The notes under the pieces are model-generated. The model saw only the letters and a program-made list of their open reading frames with translations, made no database searches and was not told the DNA's origin. Source: a virus (lineage: Duplodnaviria > Caudoviricetes). From it: 38,042 nt of DNA. Below are positions 24,511-33,927 of the stretch, one piece after another. The DNA is taken from the IMG/VR virus record IMGVR_UViG_3300034357_000290, positions 1-38,042 of that record; one strand, given 5' to 3'. The first letter of the stretch is position 1. Each line of letters begins with the position of its first letter. The translations under genes and the position numbers were made by a program.

Positions 24511-26649
24511 TTAGCTGGTCCTCGTCTGGAGTTCGGTGTTGGTCAGGCGGCGGGGGATGTAGGTGATCTGACGGATGTGGCCGTTGAGGTATCCGTAGTT
24601 TGTATTTACGAAACCAATATTTAGAACTGTGGCTGGAGACGATGGCATAGTCACAGTTGCGTCTTGTGTGCCCAGAACACCATCCCAAGCCGCATTCGCA
24701 TTATTCGCCGTAGCCGCAATCCCAACTTTCATAATGCCGCCAGTAAGTGCTTTTGGCTCAGTAAATGTCACCCCAGCAACACTATCACGGACCTGTGCGG
24801 TCAATGTGTTGTCTGCGTTTGCTATGAAAGAGATAGTGTTTGTGGTGTTTCCTTCCTGCAATGAAAGCGCATGGCTTATGCTGGACAGTAAAAGACGCTG
24901 GAACGCCAAAACCAACGTGCTTTCCGTGCTGCTATACGGGAACGCTTGCGTGCTGACGCTGGCAACATCAGCATTGCGGGTGGCAGTCGCAGCCCCGGTC
25001 GGGATGTAGCTGGTGGGGAAGGAGCCGTACTCGCTTTGAGCGCCCCATACCAGAATGTCAGCGGTCGCCGGGGTTATGTCGCCCTGAAGTCTAAGTTGGA
25101 AATTTGCTGATGTTGATGTTGAGGCAACAGAAAATCTCTGCCACGAACCCGTTACCGTGATGGTGGATGAACCAGAACCATTCTGAAGCATAACTGTGAA
25201 CGACGAAACACCATCATAGGATTTGAGCCAGACGGTATTTGTTGCTACGCCAGAGCCGGGGTCTGTGTAGTCTTGGAAGAGGCGGCTAATGTCTGCACTT
25301 GTAGTTCCTGCGCCTCTATTAAACTGAACACGATCAGCAGTGGAAGTGCCATCTGGAGCAGTGCCAGCATCCGCTGTAACCGCTGGCACAACACCAGTGC
25401 CTCCAGCAAGTTTCAACCAATCTCCCTGATCAAACTGCGCCGAATACAACAGAAAGTTTGTACGCTGCTCCTCAACGAGAAGCCCACGCTGCGCCAGCGT
25501 CACTGGGTCTGCGTCCAGTCGCGGCCCGTAATACGCAGCGGCAGTCGGTGCGGCTCCGTAGTTCGGGACGTAGGTGTCGAGGGACGCGCTGTCGGAGAGC
25601 TGTGCGCCCCAAGCGTAAAAGTTCCCGGCTGCACCAGATGTATTATACAGCGCAAGACCGATCCCGGTGCCAGTATCAAAGGCCGTGCGGAATGAGCAAC
25701 GATACCACCCATCAGTTCCCACAGGCGTGATGGCTGCATTAGTCGGCGCAAAGGTTCCGGCGGGAGTGCCAGCCGTTCCCGCAGACAGATTGAAGTCAAC
25801 ATAGCCAGATTGCCCGCCAGAACTTTTATAGACAGCCATACGAGCCGTGGTCAGCGTACCTGCCCGAAGGTACATGCTAAATGTTTGCTGCGTTGCTAGG
25901 TTGGCTCCGCTCAACACCTGAGTGGTGTAGGTGTTATTTGCACCACTCAACAGATCGGCAGTCATCAGGCCGTTCGGCGCGACAATAGCGTTTGCCGTGG
26001 CCGTCATATCCTTGTTCCAAGTCCCTACGCTAAAGTCCTCGCTATACCCCAGCAAATTCTTCGCCGTAGTCGGGTTGTACATCGGATACGCGGAGGTGTT
26101 CGCCTTCATGCCGAGGTCGCTGCGGTAGAGGTGTGCGCCCCAGACAAGGATGTCAGCAGTTTCGTCATTACTTGGAATGCTGTCGAACAGTAGTATCTGC
26201 GCGTCTTGAGCAGTGGATGCCGTTGTGGATGTTATGGTGAACAGGGTCCACGCTGCAGTAACAACACAATTTACGCCGTCTGAGTTAATGCGCAGACCAA
26301 CATTTGAGGTTCCGCCAGATGTTGTCTTCATCCACACGCTCCACACACACGTAACAGTCGGTGTGGTTGCATTTTGAACTACTCTAGAGAACGTCCCACC
26401 AGTTTTATTGAGAACAACCCTATCCGCAGTCTGCGTTCCGTTCGGCGCTGCACCATAGTTTGACGTAACAACTGGGCTAGTCGCCCCGCTATTGTCCTTT
26501 ACCCACGACGCCGCATCAAACTGCTCGCTCGCCAGCAGGAGGTTGTGGGGTGCCCATTTGATCTTGCCGTCGCTGTCCGTAAGGGTGGCGTTCGACGTGC
26601 GCGAGAACGTGATGAACTCGCTGGCCTTGCCAGTGGTTGTCGTGGGCAT
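24511..26649 (-). CDS. Head-spike fibre body (RcGTA GhsB-like), three carbohydrate-binding-like repeats plus a C-terminal LamG-like domain
   Basis: ITFSRTSNAT, PRLDADP..GLLVEEQRTN, three NLL..SE.F...W to WGAQ/HL modules, TSYIPT...TRNAD. Confidence 0.8.
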   Translation of the reverse strand: MPTTTTGKASEFITFSRTSNATLTDSDGKIKWAPHNLLLASEQFDAASWVKDNSGATSPVVTSNYGAAPNGTQTADRVVLNKTGGTFSRVVQNATTPTVTCVWSVWMKTTSGGTSNVGLRINSDGVNCVVTAAWTLFTITSTTASTAQDAQILLFDSIPSNDETADILVWGAHLYRSDLGMKANTSAYPMYNPTTAKNLLGYSEDFSVGTWNKDMTATANAIVAPNGLMTADLLSGANNTYTTQVLSGANLATQQTFSMYLRAGTLTTARMAVYKSSGGQSGYVDFNLSAGTAGTPAGTFAPTNAAITPVGTDGWYRCSFRTAFDTGTGIGLALYNTSGAAGNFYAWGAQLSDSASLDTYVPNYGAAPTAAAYYGPRLDADPVTLAQRGLLVEEQRTNFLLYSAQFDQGDWLKLAGGTGVVPAVTADAGTAPDGTSTADRVQFNRGAGTTSADISRLFQDYTDPGSGVATNTVWLKSYDGVSSFTVMLQNGSGSSTITVTGSWQRFSVASTSTSANFQLRLQGDITPATADILVWGAQSEYGSFPTSYIPTGAATATRNADVASVSTQAFPYSSTESTLVLAFQRLLLSSISHALSLQEGNTTNTISFIANADNTLTAQVRDSVAGVTFTEPKALTGGIMKVGIAATANNANAAWDGVLGTQDATVTMPSSPATVLNIGFVNTNYGYLNGHIRQITYIPRRLTNTELQTRTS

Positions 26650-26651
26650 GT

Positions 26652-26996
26652 CTAGTTCCTCACTGCGGAAGTGTTGTCTGTGAAGTCAAGGCCGAGGCAA
26701 TACGGCTCAACGGTGTCGGGACCAGTGCCGAGCAGCCTCTCTGCGCCAAGTGAGACGCGGCTTGCGACGAGGTTCGTTGTGAAATCAAGAGCCAGGCCGT
26801 CCCACTCGTTTCCGAGTTGCAGCAGCAACAACTCACCATCCGATATGGTGCGAACGGCGTAAGTGTTCGTCAGGAAGTCGAGCGTGAAGCCGCTCAACTC
26901 GCTGCCCAGTAGACTTTCCGCAGCACTAGCCCCGCCAGACCCGCCGCCCATAAGCGGAAGGATTGGCGTGGCTATGCCGCGGGCTACTTTCACCAC
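26652..26996 (-). CDS. Putative head-spike anchor/adaptor with three LDF repeats
   Basis: Hydrophobic N-peptide, GGGSGG linker, GFTLDFLTN / GLALDFTTN / LGLDFTDN. Confidence 0.7.
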   Translation of the reverse strand: MVKVARGIATPILPLMGGGSGGASAAESLLGSELSGFTLDFLTNTYAVRTISDGELLLLQLGNEWDGLALDFTTNLVASRVSLGAERLLGTGPDTVEPYCLGLDFTDNTSAVRN

Positions 26997-27220
26997 TGCC
27001 TCACAAGGCTGGAAGCACTTGTCGCAGCCATGACATTAGTGAACCGCTGCACGATGGTCGTGCCGACAGGGACGTTCTGCCAGGTTACAGTCTGACCGGC
27101 TTCCGTCTTGAGCGTGACGCCGCCTGCTACGCCGACGTAGAGCGCCACGCCGAAATTGTCGGTTGTGTCGGACGGCGTAACCGCCGCGGCATTAGATGGA
27201 ATCTGGGAATTGAGCGACAT
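26990..27220 (-). CDS. Head-spike base protein (RcGTA GhsA-like)
   Basis: 76 aa, AAAVTPSDT...ALYVGVAGGV...TVTWQNVPVGT, GGAG RBS. Confidence 0.75.
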   Translation of the reverse strand: MSLNSQIPSNAAAVTPSDTTDNFGVALYVGVAGGVTLKTEAGQTVTWQNVPVGTTIVQRFTNVMAATSASSLVRQW

Positions 27221-27315
27221 TGGGGCGTCTCCAAGGGTCTTGAACTGGGGAGATGCCCTGCCACCAAATCGGCGGCGTCGCGCATCGGGGAATATGCCCT
27301 ATTCGGGCCAGAAAA

Positions 27316-27423
27316 TCAACGGCCCTTGTGACTGCCAGACGGCTTCATGCCCATCGGCTTGCCCTTGCCCGTAGGCTTCGAGGAACCCTTGTTGCCGAAC
27401 ATCGGCTTGGATGCCTTTTTCAT
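27316..27423 (-). CDS. 35-aa Lys/Gly-rich basic peptide
   Basis: MKKASKPMFGNKGSSKPTGKGKPMGMKPSGSHKGR, AGGAGA RBS. Confidence 0.65.
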   Translation of the reverse strand: MKKASKPMFGNKGSSKPTGKGKPMGMKPSGSHKGR

Positions 27424-27433
27424 GTGTTTTCTC

Positions 27434-27751
27434 CTAGAACTTGGTTGAGAGTTTGGGGTTGTCCGTGAAGTAGCGACGGATGCGTTTTTGGGTTTCCGGC
27501 GTGTTGTGGATGAGGTTGATCCCCTCCTCGCGCAGGATGCGCTCGATCTCGAGGTTCGGGATTGAGCCCATCTTCCGCCACAGGCGTTGCTTGGACCAGC
27601 CCTGGTTGCCCATCCCACGCTCGTGGGCGAGCTCCTCGAGCAGCGGCTCCACGTCCTCAGTCTTGCGGATGAGGAGCTTCTGCTCTTTCCAGTCCCAATG
27701 CTCTTCGATGAGCTGGTTCGTGTCGATGTCGAAGTAGCGGAAGTCAGCCAT
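27434..27751 (-). CDS. Hypothetical protein downstream of the capsid gene
   Basis: MADFRYF..., EDVEPLLE, WRKMGSIP, AGGA RBS. Confidence 0.75.
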   Translation of the reverse strand: MADFRYFDIDTNQLIEEHWDWKEQKLLIRKTEDVEPLLEELAHERGMGNQGWSKQRLWRKMGSIPNLEIERILREEGINLIHNTPETQKRIRRYFTDNPKLSTKF

Positions 27752-27758
27752 CTGCGTC

Positions 27759-28025
27759 CTACGAGGTCTTCTTGCCGCCGCCCGTGGCGGCCTTGGCGAC
27801 AGCCGTGACGATGGCCGTGGCGGCCTTCTCCATGGCGACAGTCTCGATGGACTGGCGAGCCGGGCCGAGGTCTGGCACCACCGAAAGCTCGGCGTCAGCG
27901 GGAGCCTCGACGGCATCGCCCACGCCGAGTGCGTAAGCCGCCCAGTTCTTCTCGGCCTCGATGACAGAACCCGCGGCCCAGAACACTTCGTTGTGGCAGA
28001 CGGGCTTCTTGAGAATGATCTTCAT
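27759..28025 (-). CDS. Hypothetical head-associated protein
   Basis: 88 aa, AGGAG RBS. Confidence 0.7.
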   Translation of the reverse strand: MKIILKKPVCHNEVFWAAGSVIEAEKNWAAYALGVGDAVEAPADAELSVVPDLGPARQSIETVAMEKAATAIVTAVAKAATGGGKKTS

Positions 28026-28045
28026 GTTCGCTCCTGATGAAAGGT

Positions 28046-28067
28046 CTCGGGGGCCGGAGCCCCCGAG
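28046..28067 (-). terminator. Hairpin after the capsid gene (partial terminator or stabiliser)
   Basis: CTCGGGGGC-TCCG-GCCCCCGAG with a weak U-tract. Confidence 0.6.
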
Positions 28068-28077
28068 GGTTTAGGTA

Positions 28078-29049
28078 TTACGTCACGGACGTGATGATGC
28101 CGCAGGCCTTCTGGTTGCCCACTTCGAGGGTGCCCTCGTACTGGATCAGGCGGTTCTCGGTGTGGCCGGTGCGGGCCAGTTCAAGCTGGCGGGTCGGCTG
28201 AAGGTCGACGATCTTCACGAACTCGGGGTCGATGAGGATCATCGAAGCCGCGTTGCTGAAGCGGTTCGGAATGATCTCGATAAGGCCGAACTCGGACTCA
28301 TAAAAATCGACCGCCGAAACGAGACGCTTGGCGTCCGCGTCCTTGTACTTGGTCGCGTAGCCGTTGAACGTCTTCGAGATCGTGCGCTTCACGCCGGGAC
28401 CGACGATGCCGTACTTGACCTCGCCACCCTGCGTCCAGCAGGACTGGATCACGGTGTTGAGCATGTCCTCGGTGATGGTGCGCGACGTGCCCGGAGTGTG
28501 GGCGGCGTTCGGGTAGCCATCAGTCGTGCCCGACAGCGTCGGGGCAGCGCCACCGGAGCCGCGCGAGGCGTTGGTGATGAGCCAAGCCTCGAGGCCAGCG
28601 GCCTTGCGGGTCGTTGCGCCGACAGCGGCACCAGGGACGGCGACAGCGTTGGCAAGGAAGATGGTTTCCTTGTCGCGCTTCAGTTCCTTCAGCTTGTAGC
28701 TGATCTGCTTGGCGAGCTTCTCGACCTTCGCGGCGCCATCGACGCGCTGCGAGGTGTCCGTCACCTTCACAACCTTGTCCATGATCTGCGTGTAGTTTGC
28801 CATGCGAAGAGCCACGACGGGGGCGTCGATGGACGGGGCGTCCTCGCCTTCCGGCACGGCATTGCTGGCGTCTACAGCGCCGAGTTCGACGACGGGCCAC
28901 TCGAACTTGGTGTTCGTCGCGGACGCCTTACCAGCAATGCTGCTGATGAAGGGCGTCTCGGTCGGCGAGATCATGTTTTCCGCGTCGGTGAGGTCCTCGC
29001 GGATGGTCTTGGAGTCGTAGGTTTCAAGTGCGGCTGAACTAACGGCCAT
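28078..29049 (-). CDS. Major capsid protein (SU10/DUF5309-like)
   Basis: REDLTD..ISPTETPF, NYTQI, ELKRDKE, YESEFG and ELARTG motifs. Confidence 0.92.
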   Translation of the reverse strand: MAVSSAALETYDSKTIREDLTDAENMISPTETPFISSIAGKASATNTKFEWPVVELGAVDASNAVPEGEDAPSIDAPVVALRMANYTQIMDKVVKVTDTSQRVDGAAKVEKLAKQISYKLKELKRDKETIFLANAVAVPGAAVGATTRKAAGLEAWLITNASRGSGGAAPTLSGTTDGYPNAAHTPGTSRTITEDMLNTVIQSCWTQGGEVKYGIVGPGVKRTISKTFNGYATKYKDADAKRLVSAVDFYESEFGLIEIIPNRFSNAASMILIDPEFVKIVDLQPTRQLELARTGHTENRLIQYEGTLEVGNQKACGIITSVT

Positions 29050-29060
29050 GTTCGTATTCC

Positions 29061-30149
29061 TTATCGTTTACGAGCGACGAGGAGAGTGGCGGCGACATCG
29101 TCGGGCTTGCCAGATTTCCTCGCGCGGGTGAGAAGTTGCGCCTCGAGCTTCTTTGCAGAGCTCTGCGCGGGTTTCGCAGTACCGGGCCGGAGGAGCGTCT
29201 TGGGCCTCGGCTGGTCGCCGGTCGGCCGTTTCATGCGTGCCTCTATCCCCGCCATCTGGTCGCGGCGCCAAGCAAGCTCAGCGAGAACCATCAGTGGGAC
29301 GTGGCCGTCGAGCCCATTGAGCTCGTCGTCCGACACGCCATAGCTCTGTGCCACCTCGCGTATTTTCCCCATGACCATAGGAGCCTTCTGGGGGTCGGCG
29401 AGGGCCGGCAGCTTTTGCAGAAGAATGCGGGTTTCATCCTCAACGCGCTGCGCTTTAGCGTGGGCGACTATTTCCGCCTGCTGCGACTGCCTGTTGTTGA
29501 TTTCCTGCTGTATCTTCTGCGCCTTCTCCTGAGCCTCAATAAGCTCCACCCGCTTCAGCGCGTACGCTTGCGGGTTCTGGTGCCTGAGAGACTCGAGGTC
29601 TGCTTGAGGAGTGGCGAACTTGTTCCACACTTCCTCGATCGCGTTGAGGTGATCCACCTGCTGCTGGAGCACCGCATAGGTGCGGTAAGTCGCGGCCTCG
29701 TTGGCCTTGCGATACTCGACCGCCTCCTGAATATTTCTCTCCACGTACTTCGCGCCGGAGTAGTTGCGCTTGAGCTCGCCCAGCGTGACTTCCGAGGGCT
29801 TGCCGTCGATCACGACGTCGACGGTGTACTCATCGAGGTTCTTCGGGGCCTCCTCTTCAGGCTGCTCCTCGCCTTCGGCCTCGGCTTCTTCCTCTTCCCC
29901 TTCGGCTTTATCGTCAGCCGGCTGATCATCTACAGGCTCTTCCCCCTCGAGGATTGCGTCGGTGACATCGTCGTCGCCGGCGTCAGCCTCGGCCTCGGCG
30001 GGCTCATTGGAAGCGAAGCGGCCGTCCGCCGCCCGAGACGGAGCATCTGCAGGCTTTGTCGCCGCTTCGCCCCCAGCCTCCGAAGCCTTTGCAGGCGTAC
30101 TCGGGGCTAGGATTGCGTTGAGAACTTCAGTGCTTTCGGCGTCAGCCAT
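29061..30149 (-). CDS. Scaffolding protein
   Basis: Acidic N-terminus, VVIDGKPSEVTLGELKRNYS, coiled coil; precedes the capsid gene. Confidence 0.85.
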   Translation of the reverse strand: MADAESTEVLNAILAPSTPAKASEAGGEAATKPADAPSRAADGRFASNEPAEAEADAGDDDVTDAILEGEEPVDDQPADDKAEGEEEEAEAEGEEQPEEEAPKNLDEYTVDVVIDGKPSEVTLGELKRNYSGAKYVERNIQEAVEYRKANEAATYRTYAVLQQQVDHLNAIEEVWNKFATPQADLESLRHQNPQAYALKRVELIEAQEKAQKIQQEINNRQSQQAEIVAHAKAQRVEDETRILLQKLPALADPQKAPMVMGKIREVAQSYGVSDDELNGLDGHVPLMVLAELAWRRDQMAGIEARMKRPTGDQPRPKTLLRPGTAKPAQSSAKKLEAQLLTRARKSGKPDDVAATLLVARKR

Positions 30150-30390
30150 GGGTCTTCTGCTCCGTCTTGCGTTCGACGACCATGAGGTCGTTCAGGTAGG
30201 ATTCGATCCGGCCGGCGATCAGCGTGAGGGCTGCGCGCTCGGCACGCAGGGCGCCGGCCGTCACCAGGTCCATCTCGTCGGCGATCTGGTCGGCCAATTC
30301 GCGGCGTAGCTCGTCGACCGCCAGCCCGAAGAAGGGGTTGTCGGCGGTCTCGCGCAGGGCCTTGAGGCGGCGGAACTTCAGATCGTCCAT
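30142..30390 (-). CDS. Small protein between portal and scaffold
   Basis: 82 aa, helical, syntenic. Confidence 0.7.
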   Translation of the reverse strand: MDDLKFRRLKALRETADNPFFGLAVDELRRELADQIADEMDLVTAGALRAERAALTLIAGRIESYLNDLMVVERKTEQKTHG

Positions 30391-30391
30391 G

Positions 30392-32629
30392 TCACATCAC
30401 TCCCGGCGGCATAGGCCCGCCCTGCGGCTGGGGAGGCGCTGCAGCGGGTTGCTGACCCTGACCCTGTCCAGGCATGGGCCTGGCGCGGGCCTGCTCCATC
30501 GCCACGGCTGCGCGCTGTGCGGCGTCTAGTTGTGCCTTCTGCGCCTCGACGGCGAACTGGCCGGCGGCAATGTCGCGGGCGCGGTCGTCGTCCATGCGGG
30601 CCCTGATCATGTCGCTGGCGAGCTCGGTCTGGAGTTTCGCCTGCTCGATCTGGCCGCGCTGCTGGATCTCGGCAGACTTGATCTGCATCTGGGCTTGCGC
30701 TTTGACCTGCTCGGCCTGAACGAGGCCCGCGGACGGGTCTGGCTGCTGGCCCTGCTGTGCCTGAGCCTGCTTCATCTGCTGCGTGATCTGCTTGAGTAAC
30801 GGCTCGGAGACGCGCGGCAGGTAGTCCTGCGTGTTGCGGATGCCGGCGAGCTTGGCCTTATCGACCATGGTCTTGCGGAACTGCTCCCAGCCGGCGAGCG
30901 GGTTATCGAGGCCAAGCATCTGCATGACCTGCTGCTGCATCTGCCCGATTTCGCCCAGCACGATCGCCTTCTCGCCGACCCGGCCATTGCCGAGGCCGAC
31001 GTTGACGTTGACCGCCACCTGGTCGTGCCAGAGGTCCGGGCGCACTTCGGTGTAGCCGGTGAGCGTCTGGACGGACTGCGGCCCCTTCATCTCGTACATC
31101 GCGGTGCGGAGGATGCAGAGGAACAGGTCCTTGACCCCGGTCTCGGCCAGGTTGCGGGCCATCATCTCGATGCGAGCGTCAGAGCCCTGCACCATGGCGC
31201 CGGCGGCCTCCTTGGCCGTCGACTGGAGGATGTCGGCAGAGATCCCCTGGCTCATCTTGGTGACGCCAGAGCGGGCCTCGGCGATGGATTCCATGTACTG
31301 CAGCACGGCCAGCGTCTGCCCGCCCACGAATGGCGTGGTGAGCTCCTCGATCTGGCCGGGCTGCTTGGTGCGGACGATCGCCCCGATCTCGGGGTTCATC
31401 AGGTCCTCGAGGTTGACTTGCGCCTCGACGGCGGCGGTGCGAGGCGTGTTCACCTGCGCCGCGTTGTCGATGATCGAGCGCAGCAGAGCGGTCTGCCCGT
31501 CCTGATCCTGCTCGAGGTCCTCGGCCATGCAGATGGGGAAAAATGCGTGCGGCTGAAGCTCGGCCTTGAACACGGCGAGCGGCACGCAGTTGGTGGGCTC
31601 GTCTGAAATGATCCGGTAGCCGGTGCCGACCGTGATGATATGGCGAAGCTCGGGAATGCCGTCTCCGTCCTCGTCGAGCCTCATCCAGGCTTCGCAGACG
31701 AGGACTTCCTTCGACAGCGGGTCGTTGCCGTCGTCGTCCGGCGTCGGGTCGGAGCCGGTGCGGGACATGGCCTCGTCGTCAAGCTCGGGGTCGCGGTCGG
31801 CGCCAACGAGATCCTCCTCGGAGATCCCGAGGACCTGCATGGCCTCCCACACCTCGAGGTTCTGGGCGATGCCGATCACGCGCGCGTCATCGACAGAGGT
31901 CGCGCCGCGGGAGATGAAAAAGCACTCGGGCGGCACCGGGTCGAGGTGCCACTTGTTGCGGAATGACTGCTTGGTGAGCACGACGCCGTAGACGACGTCG
32001 TCGGGGTCCTGCTCCGGCTGCTGCTGCATCTGGCTCGGGTCCATGCCCGGCTGCATCTGCTGCTGCATCGCCATCGTGGCCTCGTCGACGGGCGCCGGCA
32101 TGGGCGGCGTCATCTCGGTGATCTGCTGCGTCTCGTCGGACTGCAGCAGCCTGAGCTCGTCAGGCGTGACGAAGTCCTCGAAGGTGTGCGTGGCGACCTG
32201 GGCCTGCTCGAGGGTCACCTTCACGACGCCGATCTTCGCCTTGAGCGCGTCGGTCGAGCCTTGAATGAGTGCGGAGTAGCCGCCGAACTTGTGGAACACT
32301 TGGTTGACGAAGAGCGTCTGCTCTTTGCACGTCTTCTCGTCGGCCTCGAGCTCGCTCGAAAACTCGGCGATGGTGTCGGACTGGGTGAACACGCGGGCCA
32401 GGCTCGGGATCACGGACTTCACGGCATCACGCACGCGGGTGACGACGATCTTCGATCGGCCGTTCTCGGCCTTCACTGCGGTGTAGCCCTGGTAATACTG
32501 GTCGGCGAGGCGGCGCTGCGGCGCCACGTCGGTCTCGATGTACTCTCGCGCGTTCTCGATGGCGCGGGCGACGATGCGTTGCGTGCGGTCCTGCTCGATG
32601 GGCTTCAGAGGCTGCTTGTTCTTGAACAT
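30392..32629 (-). CDS. Portal protein (P22-like with C-terminal coiled-coil barrel)
   Basis: GRSKIV, VPPECF, DEDGDGIPELR, IEMMARNLAETG, VNVGLGNG. Confidence 0.92.
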   Translation of the reverse strand: MFKNKQPLKPIEQDRTQRIVARAIENAREYIETDVAPQRRLADQYYQGYTAVKAENGRSKIVVTRVRDAVKSVIPSLARVFTQSDTIAEFSSELEADEKTCKEQTLFVNQVFHKFGGYSALIQGSTDALKAKIGVVKVTLEQAQVATHTFEDFVTPDELRLLQSDETQQITEMTPPMPAPVDEATMAMQQQMQPGMDPSQMQQQPEQDPDDVVYGVVLTKQSFRNKWHLDPVPPECFFISRGATSVDDARVIGIAQNLEVWEAMQVLGISEEDLVGADRDPELDDEAMSRTGSDPTPDDDGNDPLSKEVLVCEAWMRLDEDGDGIPELRHIITVGTGYRIISDEPTNCVPLAVFKAELQPHAFFPICMAEDLEQDQDGQTALLRSIIDNAAQVNTPRTAAVEAQVNLEDLMNPEIGAIVRTKQPGQIEELTTPFVGGQTLAVLQYMESIAEARSGVTKMSQGISADILQSTAKEAAGAMVQGSDARIEMMARNLAETGVKDLFLCILRTAMYEMKGPQSVQTLTGYTEVRPDLWHDQVAVNVNVGLGNGRVGEKAIVLGEIGQMQQQVMQMLGLDNPLAGWEQFRKTMVDKAKLAGIRNTQDYLPRVSEPLLKQITQQMKQAQAQQGQQPDPSAGLVQAEQVKAQAQMQIKSAEIQQRGQIEQAKLQTELASDMIRARMDDDRARDIAAGQFAVEAQKAQLDAAQRAAVAMEQARARPMPGQGQGQQPAAAPPQPQGGPMPPGVM

Positions 32630-33927
32630 TATGCGACGCCCCCGGCAGCGCGCGACAAGGGCTTAGACCAGTCGCTTTGTGTGATCATGTGGTTCTCGTT
32701 GATGCCCATCACGCCGATCCGCATGGCGTCTGCGCCGTGGCTGTACTCGTCGTGGCGCGGCTGCGATTTAATGGTGTTGAGCTTCTGGTCGAACTCGGTG
32801 CGGTAGTTGCGGATGCACTCGACGCCACGCTCGCAGTTCTGCTCGTCGATCCAGAATCGGTTGAATGCGATGCGGACGGCCTCGATGCCGTCGTCAATGC
32901 GGTGATTGGGAACGACGCGGACCTTGAGCCCACGCTCCTCTAAGAAATTCTTGCGGCTCTTGCCGGTCTGGAGCTCGCGGGCCTCTGCGTCGTGCGGCAG
33001 CAGGTGCTCGGTGATCGCGTACGGCAGGCGGGCCAGCAGGTCGACATAGTCGCCAAGCGGGCGCGACGTGCCTTCGATGTAGTGCAGCCAGTGCCACTCG
33101 CGGCCAATGATTTGAAACGTCCAGATCGCCATGGCGTCGCCAATGCCGAGGTCCCAGCACGAATAGACGTTGGCGGCGCGGTCATGAGGCACGCGGGTGA
33201 TGCGGTGCTCGTTCTCGGCCTGGACGACGTCGCGGCCGTAGTAGGCGCCCTCTGCGATCTGCTCGTAGCCGCCGCCCCAGATGTGCTGCGCCTTCACCGG
33301 ATCGCGGATGTAGTCGAGGTTCTTCTCCTGCAGGAGCTCGTTGGGCAGGAACGGGTTGTCGTTCCAGTTCATCTCGACGCAGATCGCGTCGGGGTTTTTC
33401 GTCGGTCCACGAAAGAACACGTCGACCGGGTCACGCTTGTTGCGCGGGTTCCAACTAAACCAGAGCTCGGAGCCTGGCTTGCGGATTGTTGGGCGCAGGA
33501 CGTCAAGTGATCGCTGGCTCAAGCTCTGGCTTTCCTCGCACCACGCGATGTCGAAGCCCTCGAGCGACTGAATGCCGATCGCGTTCATGTCCTTCATGCC
33601 GCGGAAAATAATCAAAGCGCCGTTCTTGCCGCGGATCTCGCTTTCGAGGATGTCGAACATATCGCCGACGCCCATGCTTGCGATCTTGTCGACGAGCAAC
33701 TGGCGCACGGAATCGCGGATGGTGTTCTGCACCTCGCGGATGCAGACGATGCGCGCGGCCTTCGAGACGCAGGCGATGATGGCGAGCGTTGCGAAGTTGT
33801 GGCTCTTCGATGAGCCGCGGCCGCCGTAGCAGGCCTTGTAACGCTTAGGCTGGAACAGCGGCTCGAACTTGGCCGGGACTGCCGCCTCGATCTTCCGCAC
33901 ACTGTCGAATGTGGCGGGCGCATTCAT
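32629..33927 (-). CDS. terL: Terminase large subunit
   Basis: GGRGSSKS, WCEES, PTIRKPGSELWFSWNP, WDLG and HGADA motifs. Confidence 0.95.
   Translation of the reverse strand: MNAPATFDSVRKIEAAVPAKFEPLFQPKRYKACYGGRGSSKSHNFATLAIIACVSKAARIVCIREVQNTIRDSVRQLLVDKIASMGVGDMFDILESEIRGKNGALIIFRGMKDMNAIGIQSLEGFDIAWCEESQSLSQRSLDVLRPTIRKPGSELWFSWNPRNKRDPVDVFFRGPTKNPDAICVEMNWNDNPFLPNELLQEKNLDYIRDPVKAQHIWGGGYEQIAEGAYYGRDVVQAENEHRITRVPHDRAANVYSCWDLGIGDAMAIWTFQIIGREWHWLHYIEGTSRPLGDYVDLLARLPYAITEHLLPHDAEARELQTGKSRKNFLEERGLKVRVVPNHRIDDGIEAVRIAFNRFWIDEQNCERGVECIRNYRTEFDQKLNTIKSQPRHDEYSHGADAMRIGVMGINENHMITQSDWSKPLSRAAGGVA

Noticed and set aside
24511-26649. Diversity-generating retroelement or invertible fibre cassette
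   Set aside because: No reverse transcriptase or invertase was found, and no near-identical TR/VR pair was seen. The repeats are diverged protein modules.
26640-26700. Programmed frameshift or read-through fusing the 114-aa and 712-aa ORFs
   Set aside because: The frames differ, no slippery heptamer is visible, the downstream frame is open only ~12 codons upstream, and the body has its own RBS. Not fully excluded without proteomics.
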